Positions 23,856 through 35,212 of a stretch of 64,000 nucleotides of DNA are shown here, piece by piece (within the stretch, counting starts at the first letter, position 1; each line of letters begins with the position of its first letter). A program made the translations under genes and the position numbers. Under the pieces are notes generated by a model, which searched no databases, was not told the origin of the DNA, and was given only the letters and a program-made list of their open reading frames with translations. Source of the DNA: Thraustochytrium aureum (lineage: Eukaryota); NCBI GenBank assembly GCA_012862495.1, contig BLSG01000273.1, positions 19,113 through 83,112 on the forward strand, given 5' to 3'.

Positions 23856-24494
23856 ATGTCAGCGCTTCTCCAGGTCGCGGGCCCGGCTGGGCGAGCGGCG
23901 CGCTCCAGGCTGCTCAAGAATAACTGCGTCTTCTTTGTATGCGACGTGCAAGAGCGGTTCCGCAACATGATTTTCTGCATGGATCACGTCCTTGCGACGA
24001 GCAAGTTTCTGGTCGACACGGCCAAGGTCTTCAGCATCCCCTGCATTGTGACGGAGCAGTACCCGAAGGGCCTGCTCCACACCTGCAAGGAAATCGACAC
24101 GACCGGGCTGCCTGTGATTGAGAAGCTCAAGTTCAGCATGCTGACCGACGAGGTGAAGGAGGTCGAGGCGCTCCGTGGCGCCAAAGGTGGAAAGGCGGCT
24201 GTGATCTTTGGGCTGGAGACGCACGTGTGCGTCTACCAAACTGTCATGGACATGTTGGCAGACGACTGGGAGGTCCACGTCGTCGTGGACGGCGTGTCGA
24301 GCACCAAGTCGCTCAACCGCACCGTGGCGCTTGCGCAGATGCGCGACGCGGGCGCTCATCTCACGACCGCGGAATGCGTCGCTTTCGACCTCCTCAAGGG
24401 CGCGGATGCGGCCGAGTTCAAGCAGATCAGCAACCTCGTCAAGGAGCAAAACCAGGTCCTCGACGGGCTGCCGACGCAGCTCTCGAACCTGTAG
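23856..24494 (+). CDS. Isochorismatase domain-containing protein (ISOC1/2-like)
   Basis: FFVCDVQERFR, VTEQYPKGL, KLKFSM, GLETHVCVYQT and VVVDGVSS motifs. Confidence 0.93.
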   Translation: MSALLQVAGPAGRAARSRLLKNNCVFFVCDVQERFRNMIFCMDHVLATSKFLVDTAKVFSIPCIVTEQYPKGLLHTCKEIDTTGLPVIEKLKFSMLTDEVKEVEALRGAKGGKAAVIFGLETHVCVYQTVMDMLADDWEVHVVVDGVSSTKSLNRTVALAQMRDAGAHLTTAECVAFDLLKGADAAEFKQISNLVKEQNQVLDGLPTQLSNL

Positions 24495-24757
24495 AGTGAG
24501 CCAGGGCGAAGACGCGCGAGACTACCGCTGCCAATGGACGATGCGGCACAAAGAAAAGCGAAGGAGCTATCCACTAATCAAAGCGAAACGCCACGCATCT
24601 TTTAAAAAAAAGTGGAACGAAAATGGGAAAGGAGAATGAAAACGCGTTGGCTGCCGTCGGCACGAACCGCCGCTCCGCGGCCGCGAGTCTCCTCGGGGCG
24701 CGTGTCGGCAGCGGACGGCTCAGCGCTGTTCGTAAAGCTACCCCCTTGCAAAAGCGC

Positions 24758-25658
24758 TTATTCCAGGTCGGGCAGATCCTGCGCAAGGGTGAGAAAGCGC
24801 GGTCAGAACACGGAACAGCCAGGGTCGCAGAGGTACCCATCCTCCGCTTAAAAAGCAAACTTACATCGTCGTCGTCCGAGTCGCCGCCATCAGCGTCGTC
24901 GCCATCGTCACCGCCGCCCATGCCCATGCTGGAAAAGTCGGGCATGCCGCCGGCACCACCGGCGCCTCCAGCGCCCATTTGCGCCATCATCTTTTNNNNN
25001 NNNNNNNNNNNNNNNNNNNNNNNNNNNNNNNNNNNNNNNNNNNNNNNNNNNNNNNNNNNNNNNNNNNNNNNNNNNNNNNNNNNNNNNNNNNNNNNNNNNN
25101 NNNNNNNNNNNNNNNNNNNNNNNNNNNNNNNNNNNNNNNNNNNNNNNNNNNNNNNNNNNNNNNNNNNNNNNNNNNNNNNNNNNNNNNNNNNNNNNNNNNN
25201 NNNNNNNNNNNNNNNNNNNNNNNNNNNNNNNNNNNNNNNNNNNNNNNNNNNNNNNNNNNNNNNNNNNNNNNNNNNNNNNNNNNNNNNNNGAAGCCTTCCT
25301 CCTCCTCGTCCGAGTCGACCCACTTGTCAAAGTCGACCTTGACGTTTGTTTTCTGGAGCTGCTTGTCCTCAAGCAGACGCGGCCAGAAGCCCTCGTTCTT
25401 CTTGACGAGGTGAAACTGGATGTTGCGCGGCTTGATGCTGTACTTGGACCCTTCCGCAGCAGCGTCGACGCCGCCGCCCTCCTTCCAGAACACGACCTCC
25501 AGCTCATAGTCCTTGCCGGCAGTGGTCCCGCTGAAGGTCAGCTTATCGTCCTGCAAGTCAATCTTCGCGGACGCCTTGTCCACATCGGGCAGCTGAATCG
25601 TCACAAACACAGTGTCCTTGCGCTGCGCCCAGGTCACGGGGGGCAGTAGCTTGGCCAT
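24758..25658 (-). CDS. PTGES3: Hsp90 co-chaperone p23/Sba1 (CS domain); internal gap; last intron 24864-24779
   Basis: PPVTWAQRKD, FWPRLL and VKVDFDKWVDSDEE, a Gly/Met-rich tail, and a spliced terminal DDDDDLPDLE*. Confidence 0.93.
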
Positions 25659-25756
25659 CTCGCTTCCTTGCCTTCCTTCCGGATCGAACCGTGCACCTCG
25701 ACCTGCCTCACGCAATCTCCCTCGCGCGGCTTGTCTGCTCTCCTCTGCCTTTCCTC

Positions 25757-25825
25757 GCCTGCTGCCTGCCTGCCTGCCTGCCTGCCCGTGTGGCTGCCTG
25801 TCTGTCTGTCTGCCTGTCTGTCTCT
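25757..25825. repeat. (CCTG)n/(TCTG)n tetranucleotide microsatellite
   Basis: cctgcctgcctg...tctgtctgtctg upstream of p23. Confidence 0.8.
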
Positions 25826-26306
25826 CTGTGCGCGCCTGTCGGTGCGTGCGTGAGGTCAGAGAATCGGGACTGCTGCGCACCGACCAATGCTTCTTTGCTT
25901 GCCTGCCTCGATCTTTCTCGCCAAGGAGCTCGTTTTGTTCGCTGCGCTAGGCATGCTGGTTGGCGCATGGCCCGCATCGGCGTGGCAGCGAGACGTGCCT
26001 GTTGGTGCTGCCTGGCCTTGTACTCGTTGGCTTGGCAGCGCCGTTTCGGTCCTCTTTTTGAGGTCCCGCCTCCCGTCTTTCAGCGTTGCGTGGAGTTTAC
26101 GGGAGTACTGCTCACTTTTGAAACACAAACTGGAGTGCATCAAATCAACAATCGGGCAAGAGCAGTCAACGGGATCTGCGGCAGTCTGGCTGGCAACAAT
26201 CAAGCAAAAAGCAGTCAACGGGGTCTGCAGCGATCTGGCTGGCTCGAACCGACCATCGGCAACGGACACGTGCCAGCCAGACTTTCAAGAGTTGACAAGC
26301 TGTCGA

Positions 26307-27436
26307 TTACGTTTTGGAAAGCGGGATCGAGGCTGCGGAGACCTCGCGACTCTCCAGCCCGGTGTGGTCTGAAGAAAGCGGCTCCAGGTCCTCGTCGATA
26401 GAGGCCTGCTGAAGCATGGTACGATCAGACGCAGAGCGGAGCATCATCGCCGCAATCTCAGGACGGACACCCATCTCAGTGAGCGCCAACTCCTTTTGGC
26501 GCTGCGTGCGCAGCCGCACGTTCGTGTTACCGACGATGCGGCGGACCTTGGAAGGCTCGACGCCCATGTCGAGGAGCACTTCGGCAGCGCCGGCGCGCGG
26601 GGTTGCGTTCAAGTACGCGTCAAAGGCATTCTCCTCCGCAAAGATGTGCTCCTCGTCGTACTCGTCGTGCTCTCCATCGTCAAAGTCCTCGTCGGCGCCA
26701 GGGGCGCGGCGGCCCGGCTTGACACCGCGTTGGTGTTTGTGCGCGAGAACGGCCAAAAACGCGACGCCCGCAATGGTGACAAGCACGCCAAAGGTGAACA
26801 TGGCGAGCTGCAGCGATGAAAAGGTTCTGATCTCGTCAAAGTAGACGAGGCCGCCGATCACCCCGCTGATGATCCAGTACGCCTGGTACACAGGAACCAC
26901 GGTAAGCGAGTTGTGGTACATAAGGCCGCCGTTCAGGTACGTGATTTGCACCAACAGGCAGAAAACCATGCCGGTGATGATCAGGTAGGTTTCGCCGGCA
27001 CTTCCAACACCGGGCACGCCGATGATGGCCGACTTGAACAGCTCCACGACAGCCTTGGCAAACAAGATGGACTGCCCACCAGTTATCCCTGCAGCGCCTG
27101 CATACCCCAGCATATGCAGCGTCTGCAGCCAACGCTCCTCGCGGCGCTCTTCGCTCAGTCGCTCCACCACCTCGACAACCACCATGTGAAGCATGATGAG
27201 GAGCGGCACGACCACGGTATAAACCGCCATGGCGTCGCGCAAGAAGAGGGCCTTGAGGTCGTCCAACGTGTACGCCGGGGACGTGTGGCTTGCGAACACG
27301 ACCGTAACCACCGCGCCGGCAAAGATGACCATGGTGGCCAGGATCTGGAGCCGCGACAGCTTTTCCTTCAGAAAGCAGGGCGCGGCAATCATGTTCCACA
27401 CGAGTGAGAGGGCCGCAAGCGGGGCCAACAGGCTCG
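26307..27436 (-). CDS. NIPA-family (DMT superfamily) magnesium transporter, C-terminal part
   Basis: SLLAPLAALSLVWN..A..FLKEKL, GGQSILFAKAVVELF, QITYLNGGL...VVPVYQ and GGLVYFDE are NIPA hallmarks. Confidence 0.9.
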
Positions 27437-27753
27437 NNNNNNNNNNNNNNNNNNNNNNNNNNNNNNNNNNNNNNNNNNNNNNNNNNNNNNNNNNNNNNNN
27501 NNNNNNNNNNNNNNNNNNNNNNNNNNNNNNNNNNNNNNNNNNNNNNNNNNNNNNNNNNNNNNNNNNNNNNNNNNNNNNNNNNNNNNNNNNNNNNNNNNNN
27601 NNNNNNNNNNNNNNNNNNNNNNNNNNNNNNNNNNNNNNNNNNNNNNNNNNNNNNNNNNNNNNNNNNNNNNNNNNNNNNNNNNNNNNNNNNNNNNNNNNNN
27701 NNNNNNNNNNNNNNNNNNNNNNNNNNNNNNNNNNNNNNNNNNNNNNNNNNNNN

Positions 27754-28135
27754 ACGCGCTGTTGTTCCCGGCCTTTTTGCCGCCCCCCGACTTGGCGGAC
27801 TCTGCGCCCGCTGACTCTGCGCCCTTTCCTGCGCTCTTTTCGCTCTTGCCCTTAACGCGCTCGCCCACGGACCGCAGCATCTCTGCAAAGCTGTTGCGCC
27901 GGGCTAGCTTGAGCGACGGCCGCTGCTGTTCCTTTCGCGCCTGTTCGGGCGTCCGCCCTTCTGCTGCAGCTTGCGCCGCCTCTTCCGCGGCAACATCGAT
28001 GATGTACCCGTCAGGCCTCTCCCACTGCGTCACCTGCTTGGCGCGGTTGTAATAGTAGGGCTTGCCAGAGTCGGTCTTGAGGAGGTGCCAAATATCGATT
28101 TGGCTCGACATGTGCGCCAGCCCGTTCCGGTCCAT
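27754..28135 (-). CDS. WW-domain-containing N-terminal segment (probably the 5' part of the NIPA gene)
   Basis: WHLLKTDSGKPYYYNRAKQVTQWERP is a canonical WW domain; the ORF runs open into gap 27437-27753. Confidence 0.8.
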
Positions 28136-28424
28136 CTCTGAGGTCTCTTGTCAGGGTGGAGCCAACGCGGCTGGCGTCCTCGACCGGCGTCCTCGCGGAG
28201 CGCCTAGAATCGCGCAAGGAGGTGTGTGCGCTGCGCGAACTCTTGCCGGCCTACCTCGCCGCAGGGGGCCTCACACAGCGCACGCCCACGCCCGCACGCG
28301 CAGCGATCCTCGCCCTCTCCGCCAGCCAATCGTTCGAGCCAGGTCTTCCGAGGGCGCGTCGCGTCCTCCAGCAAGCCGCGTCGCCAGCGGTCTCCAAGGC
28401 GCCACGTCCAAGTTGACTCCGCTC

Positions 28425-28482
28425 GTCAGCAGCAGCCGCAGCCGCAGCAGCAGCAGCAGCAGCAGCAGAGCAGCAGGAGCAG
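28425..28482. repeat. (CAG)n-like microsatellite
   Basis: cagcagcagccgcagccgcagcagcagcagcagcagcag between the divergent WW and SF-assemblin genes. Confidence 0.85.
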
Positions 28483-28697
28483 CGGGGAAGCAGGAGGAGA
28501 GGAGGGAGCGCGGCCGCTGCTGGGCAGGCGGCGCGCGGCAAGGTCGCGGTGGCGCAGCTGTTTTGGGGCGAGTCACCTCCGCCAAAGCGCAAGGTGCGGC
28601 CGCTGGTTGCTGTGTGAGGCTTGCCCGCTCGACAGAACGCGCGAGGCAAGCGCTGCAAGGCGCGCGTAGGGGCTGGAGGGCCAGAGGGGGGCGCGAA

Positions 28698-29516
28698 ATG
28701 GAGTCCAAGGGGGCTGGTCGGCTCGGGAATGACTCGCCCACGTCGAAAGCGAAGATGATCAGCAGGGCGACCAAGGACAGGCTCAACGCGCTGGTGGGCA
28801 AGTTCGAGTCGTTCGAAAGCGAAATGCTGGAGGGCACGCGCCAAAGGCGAGAGAAGGACGAGCACGTGCTTGTTGAACTCAAGAACGAAATGGCGCAGCT
28901 CGAGCAGACCCTCGAAACCGAAATCAAAAAGCGCCAGGAAATGAACAAGTCCCTCCAGGTGTGGTGCGCCCAGCAAGTCGAAGACGCCCGTGATGTGCTC
29001 CTGGCAAAGATCCAGACACACATGGAACAACTGCAGGCCAATGTAGACGCACTCAATGCGCGCGTGGACACCCTCGAAGAGGCGCTCGAGCACGAAAAGG
29101 TAGCCATTCCTGCCGATATTGAGCGCCGCGGCGCCGAACTCACGGCACGCCTAGAGGCATTTCAAGAGCTCTTTGAGGCAGAGCGCCTCTCTCGCCTTGA
29201 GCGGGAGAAGGTCATCACCGATCGGCTCGCCGACCACGAAAACCAGATCGCCGAAGAGCTCGACGCCGAGCGCGGAGTTCGCGAGCAAAAGTACCAAGAG
29301 CTCAAAGCGGTGCTTGAGGCGAGCGTGACCTCGCGCAAGAGCAGAACGGAGCGCTTTCACGTGTTCCTGGAAAAGGAGATTGCGGTGCTGAAAAACTCTA
29401 TTCAGGAGGAGAGCGTGCTGCGCGAGAAGGAGGACGACGAGATCGTGGAGACGCTTACCAGGTATACTGCGAAGTTGCAAGATAGCTTGCGCGTGATCAA
29501 CACCACCGAGGTTTGA
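28698..29516 (+). CDS. SF-assemblin / beta-giardin family striated-fibre protein
   Basis: Short SP-containing head plus a ~250-aa coiled coil with LETEIKKRQE and the terminal REKEDDEIVETLTRYTAKLQDSLRVIN motif. Confidence 0.88.
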   Translation: MESKGAGRLGNDSPTSKAKMISRATKDRLNALVGKFESFESEMLEGTRQRREKDEHVLVELKNEMAQLEQTLETEIKKRQEMNKSLQVWCAQQVEDARDVLLAKIQTHMEQLQANVDALNARVDTLEEALEHEKVAIPADIERRGAELTARLEAFQELFEAERLSRLEREKVITDRLADHENQIAEELDAERGVREQKYQELKAVLEASVTSRKSRTERFHVFLEKEIAVLKNSIQEESVLREKEDDEIVETLTRYTAKLQDSLRVINTTEV

Positions 29517-29763
29517 TGAAGAGATGAAGGAGGTTTTATCTTTTGCGCTCGAAAACCGTTTTCGTTTTTTTGTTTGGTTCGTCTCCTGAATCGCATTGCC
29601 GGCTCGTGCCGTCACTAGGCGCTGCGTGCGACAGTTGGCAATCCACCAGTTGCGGGCGACTCGAGCGCGCGTAGCCAAAAATGTCAGTCGAGACTCGTCC
29701 TATCGACCGAGTCTCCGCCCCATCAGAGTTGACCGCTCGAGCGCCTCCCCGTTGCATCGAGGC

Positions 29764-31310
29764 TCACTCGAGCTGCAGCGCGAGCGAGTCCTCGCCATTT
29801 CCCTCATCAGAGTGCACCGTAGCCGCATCGTCATCATTCGAAGAAGCTGTGGCGCCCTCCTCAGCCGCGCCGTCGGCTCCTACGGTGTCAGTCACAGGCA
29901 AAGCAATTGTGACCGCCTCGTCCGTTGCACCATTTTGCTTGCCCTGTGCAGAAACGCTCGCAGGGGCTCCAAGACCGTTGCTCGACACAGGGCTGCCCTC
30001 TTCGGAAATGAAGAGCGCAAGGTCGCTCGCGGTAGCTGGTTCGCCCTGCCCTGACGGGAAATCGCACCGGAGGAGGCCATCTCGAGCAAAGCTATGTCCG
30101 CCTTGATGCTGGTGGACGCGCCCGACTCCTCACCAGAGGCTTCGCTGACGGGCTGCAAATGCACAGGCTGAGGAGGCTGAAGCCCGCCCCGGGATGAGGC
30201 CATCCGCGCAATCGAGCCCTTCTTGATGATGGAGAAATCGAGGTTGGACGAGAAGGGCCTGATGCTCGTCATCGGCTCGAGGGGCGGCGGCTTGAGGTCG
30301 GGCCGGTTTGGCAAGGCGATGTCATAGCCAAAGTATGCAAAGTCCTTGGCGTAGGCCTTGGCCACGAGGTCCTGCGTTTCTTGGTCGTAGTAGTCCCACC
30401 AGGGCTTGGAGCGCGAGCGCTGGTTGGAGTGTGGCATGCCACGCAAAGCCTCTGCCACTTTGGGAGGAATCTCGCTGAGCCGCTTGCTGTGGCGGAGAGA
30501 GCGCGTGGTGACACCGGGGGGCCACAGGGATTTGAGCTCCTCTTGCTTGACAATGCACTTGACGACCTGCTGACCCTGGCAGTGCGTAAACTCGTGCGCA
30601 GGCACCGCGTGGCAGTAAATGTCCCACTCCTCGGTGGACCCGGTCTTGTTGTAAATGCTCATCTTGTTGTGCACCCAGTCCTTTGCAAACGACTTGAACG
30701 ACTCGAGCGGGCCGAGCCGGTTGTACATGAAGATGGAGACCATGCGCGAGTAGGGGTTGCGCACGATTGCAAAGCTGTCTGCTCGGTCGAGGTCCTCCTC
30801 GGTGACAAACCCGTGCTTGAGCATTTTGGGCGCCGTAAAGTGCACCAAAAACCCTTTGTGGGAGGTTCCCGTCAGCCACGTGTTGTTGCCCACAAAGTTG
30901 CAAAGCAGTCGCCCGGTGAACACGCCGTAGAAGCGCCGCCAGACTTTGTTTCGCCCGACCACCGGCGCCGTGAACAGGAACGTGCTGGTCAAAAACATGA
31001 ATCCTCCCGTCGCAAACAACGAGTACGGCGCCGCAGAGTCGACGTCGAGGAACAGCAGCAGGATTGCAACCACGTACTCGGTGGCAAAGATCAGGTTTTC
31101 GACCGACAGGATCGGAAAGTTGGCCGTCTCGAGCAGCCAGTACCGGTAGAAAAAGTAGACCATCCCAAACCAGTGCCACGGGTCCCTGCCAGCCCGCGCC
31201 TTTTGCGGCAGGTTGAAGTGCTTGGTCAGGCTCGTCCCGCCGCACCGCGGTACGTGAACAAACAGCAAGTCCTTCGAGGGGTCATCCTTGTCCCTCACCA
31301 GCCACGGCAT
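29764..31310 (-). CDS. Sulfotransferase family 2-like protein (probable frameshift ~30057; otherwise stops at 29892)
   Basis: 5'-PSB motif FVHVPRCGGTS, 3'-PB motif FAIVRNPYSRMVSIF, and C-terminal HSNQRS..WWDYYD...YAKDFAYFGY. Confidence 0.85.
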
Positions 31311-32481
31311 TTCCCTCTCCGCCCGGTCCGACCTGCCTGCGTGGCTACCCGGAGCGATCCCAGCGCCGCAGCCTCGCCACGCTCCACAAGCGTCGGGCCT
31401 CGTGCAGCGCAACCGCAGACTATCCAACCTCGAATGCGGGAGCAAAAAGCTGCAGCAGTCTCTTGCCGTTTGAGCGCGACGCCGGCCGCCTTCTCCGTGC
31501 CTGGCTCCCTGCCACGTCCCAACAGAAGGCAGCCCCCTGCCGCGCCTCTACCGCTGCGTGCTCGGCTCGCGCGCGACCTGCTCGAGCTCGAAAGGGGTCT
31601 GCTCATTGTCTTCTCGTCCTTTTTCGCTCCCCCCCCTCTTCGTGCGTTTGGTTTTGATGTTGACGAAACTGTGGAGGGAGTCAGCCTCCTCGTCCGTCCA
31701 GGGGTGTGCTGGACGAGTTATCGATGCGCGCCGAACAGTCCATCCATCATGCAACAGCGGGGGTAGGCCTTCTTGTTGTGCTTGGGGTTGGATTGTGGCG
31801 CGCCGATGTTGGGATCTATCTTGCAGGCCGGGACGGCCAGTATTTCCGAGACGCGCTGAGGCTGTCTCGATCGCCGGCTTTGCACCGGCTTGTTCGGCCA
31901 CCTACGTGGGCGCGCCCATCGACCCCGCCGGCTCGCCCGGGGCAAGGCAATCNNNNNNNNNNNNNNNNNNNNNNNNNNNNNNNNNNNNNNNNNNNNNNNN
32001 NNNNNNNNNNNNNNNNNNNNNNNNNNNNNNNNNNNNNNNNNNNNNNNNNNNNNNNNNNNNNNNNNNNNNNNNNNNNNNNNNNNNNNNNNNNNNNNNNNNN
32101 NNNNNNNNNNNNNNNNNNNNNNNNNNNNNNNNNNNNNNNNNNNNNNNNNNNNNNNNNNNNNNNNNNNNNNNNNNNNNNNNNNNNNNNNNNNNNNNNNNNN
32201 NNNNNNGTCATGTCATGTCAATGTCAACGCCCTTGACGCAGATAAGAAATGCTGCCGCCAGACAGGGGTTTGCTCAGGGTCGGTTTGGGGCCTCCCTCCA
32301 TCATGCCGGCTGCCGCTTCTCCCCGAGCAGGACCGGGCGAACATGAGCCAACTCCCGCAAGCTCTGTTCCTGGCTGGGTGATCGGTGTATCGATCGATCG
32401 ACTGTGATCATCGATCATGATGAGGTGTTGGGTCATCAGACTCCAAACCGAGCAAGTCTGCAAAACACGTCGGGGCGCAGA

Positions 32482-33685
32482 ATGGGGCCGCCAGAGATGG
32501 CGCTGAGCGACCTGGAGATCATGACCGCGTCAGGGCTCGGCGCGGCCTGCGCGGCGCTCTTTACCAACCCGTACGTTGACCTTGTCGCAGTCGCTTGGCT
32601 GGGTGGCGGACGGGATGGCTGGTGCCGAAACGAACAAAAACCAACGCAGGGGCGAAGCGGACGCGGTCTCCGCTTGGCACACGCGGAGGTGGGCAGGGGC
32701 AGGCAGCCGAGGGTGGCCCAGGCGGTCTTGCTGGCGGCCGGCGGCTGGGCATCATGCATCGGTGGCGAGGGTGCGTGACTGACAGCGTGTCGGTCCGACA
32801 CCGCGTTTGGCGCGGGTTTCGCTGGCGATGTACAGGCTAGAGGTGGCAAAGACACGGCTGCAAATGCAGAGCGAGCTCTCCAAAGAGGGCCATAGACCCT
32901 ACCGCAACGCGCTGGACTGCCTGCAAAAGACATGGCGCAGCGAGGGCTTGCGTGGCGTGCAGCGTGGCGTTGAGATTGCAGTGATTCGCGACGGGTCCAA
33001 GTGCTTTTTCAGACTCGGTCTTTACGAACCGATTTTGCGCCGGTTGGACGACAGCAGCTCGCGCGGCGCTGGGGACGGAGGGGTTCCCTTCTACAAGCTA
33101 CTGTTCGCGGGGAGCGTTTCCGGGCTTGTCTCGGCGATCGTGTGCAACCCGCTCGACATTGTCAAGGTTCGCGTCCAGAGCGCTGGAGGGCTGTCCACGA
33201 GCCACCACGACCTGACCAATCTAGGCCTGGGCAGGGTTTTCTCCAAGGTGCTTCGGGAAGAGGGCCTGGGCGGCCTGTGGAAGGGCGTCCAGGTCAACGT
33301 GCTTCGCAGCATCTCGTTCACGTCAGTGCTGCTCGCAGTCAACTCGCGCGTGAAGACCTCGCTCAGCGCACTCGGGCTGCGCGACGGGTTTGGTCGAGAC
33401 GCGCTTGGGAGCTTTGCCGGGTCTTTCATTGGCATCTTTTTCATGAACCCCGTGGACGTGGTGCGCACGAGGATTTACAACCAGCCTGTGCTGGCCCCGC
33501 TGTACCACGGTACATTGGACGCGGCGCTCAAGATCGCCCGTCACGAGGGGCCGCTCGCTTTCTGGAAAGGGGCAATGGCGCACTACCTCCGCGTTGGCCC
33601 GCACACCGTGCTCTCCTTCGTCCTGATCGGCGAGATCAAGCGGGCCATCATGAGTCGCAAAGCGCGCCTGTTGCCAACTCCCTAG
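32482..33685 (+). CDS. Mitochondrial carrier, OAC1/SLC25A34-35-like (intron 32571-32835)
   Basis: Splicing gives TNPLEVAKTRLQMQSEL. Three Px[DE]xx[KR]x[RK] signatures (PLEVAKTR, PLDIVKVR, PVDVVRTR); RLGLYEP and YLRVGPHTVLSF match the OAC1 subfamily. Confidence 0.9.
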
Positions 33686-34133
33686 CCCACCTTCGCGCCT
33701 GCCCAACGTTTTTTTCAAATTAAAGCAAAAGCGGCCCCATTGTGCTGATCCCCAATGTGGGCGCCCGCCAGCGGCCCCCGATGCCGGAGCCGCCAGCGGC
33801 GCAGATGATCGCCGCCAGCGAGCCAGGTCCTGCGGCAAGTGCGTCCGACCCGAGCACAGTTTTGCGTGGCACGAATTGGGTGGTGTGGCACTTTGCTCTG
33901 GCAGAGCGCGAGAGCAACGAGGTCCCGGGCTCGAGCGCGACGCCAACCCAAAAGCCGCAGCGCGCAGAGCAGCTGGGGCTGGCGTTCGCGCCGAGCTGCG
34001 TGCAGAGCGCCAGAGGTTAGGTTGGCGTTCGTGCCAGGCCGCGCGCTTGCAGCTCGGACTCCGTGCGGATTCGCGGTCCCGGCGCCGTGCCTGCGAACAC
34101 GCAGCGAGGTCGGCTGGCGCCAAGCGCGGCGAC

Positions 34134-35048
34134 ATGGGGGATGAGGACGCCGCCGGGGTCGTCGTGTTCTCGGGCGCCGCGCTCAAGGACAAGCTGCTTG
34201 GCGTGTTCAACCTCGGAGCTGGGAGCGACTCGGACTCGGACGACTCGGGCGACTCGGAGCGGGTCGATGTCAGGCGCCAACGGAGCCTTGCGGCAGAAAG
34301 TGCCGCAGGGCTGGCCGAGGCTGTAAATGATCGTGTGGGGATCGGTGCGCACGCAGCCGCAGCGGCCGAGCGCGCAGCCCAACAGGAAACACAACTCGCG
34401 CCAAAGGGCATGGGCCGCCTCGTGCAGCGCGCCAAGGATCGCGCAAAGCGCAAGCGGCCGCGCTCTGCGCTCGAGGGCGTTGAGAGCGAGCTCCGCGCCT
34501 GGGACCGCGACGGAAGCGACGGCGAAGAGGATGACCTGGGCACAAAGGCCAGCGCCGTGTCCGCCCCGTCCGCTCCGAAGCGGCCTGTTGCGACCTCCGC
34601 CAGCGTGGCTGTGGAGATTGCCGCACGAGGCGAGGAAAGCGACAAGGCCTCGAAAAAGGCGAAAAAACGCAAAGCAAAGAAGAGCAAGAAAGCAAAGACA
34701 GCCTCGGAGCACGTTGACGAGGAGCAACATGACAGCGAACAAGACGACCAGGAGGCCAAGGCCGTCTCGGCGCCGCCCTCCTCGGGGCCGGGTGGCGCGG
34801 AGCGCGAGGAAACGAACAAGGCCTCACAAGTGCGCGTTGCGGACTCGCATGGCGCTGCTTCGCGCTCGCTCGCCGGCGAAGGCGGCGACCAGGGTCCCGA
34901 CGGTCCGCCCTTCAAGAAGGAAAAGCGACCGAAGAAGCGTTCCAAGCAGAAGAACCTGCGCAAGGACAACCGCCGCCAGGGACGTGGAAGAAGAACCGCG
35001 ACGCGCGGCGTGCCGCAGAGGCTGCAGCTGCAGCGGCTTCCGGCCTAG
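34134..35048 (+). CDS. Lys/acidic-rich hypothetical protein, possibly nucleolar
   Basis: Low-complexity ORF with KKAKKRKAKKSKK and a C-terminal KKRSKQKNLRKDNR basic motif; family not confidently recognised. Confidence 0.55.
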   Translation: MGDEDAAGVVVFSGAALKDKLLGVFNLGAGSDSDSDDSGDSERVDVRRQRSLAAESAAGLAEAVNDRVGIGAHAAAAAERAAQQETQLAPKGMGRLVQRAKDRAKRKRPRSALEGVESELRAWDRDGSDGEEDDLGTKASAVSAPSAPKRPVATSASVAVEIAARGEESDKASKKAKKRKAKKSKKAKTASEHVDEEQHDSEQDDQEAKAVSAPPSSGPGGAEREETNKASQVRVADSHGAASRSLAGEGGDQGPDGPPFKKEKRPKKRSKQKNLRKDNRRQGRGRRTATRGVPQRLQLQRLPA

Positions 35049-35212
35049 CTCCGGCCGGCGGCTCTGGCCGGGAAGCTCGCTAGCTCCGCTTCTCAAGCGC
35101 TCCCCGCCCTCGCGCCGCTCGATGCGGCAGGGCTTTCCTTTGCCAGTTTTACAATCCTTTGCCAGCTTTACAGATTGCGGAAGAGCTCACCGACTTTTGC
35201 AGCAACAAAAAA

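Noticed and set aside
31548..32460. Minus-strand 117-aa ORF and fragments around gap 31953-32206
   Set aside because: No motif support and weak coding signal; may be the end of an unrecognised gene.
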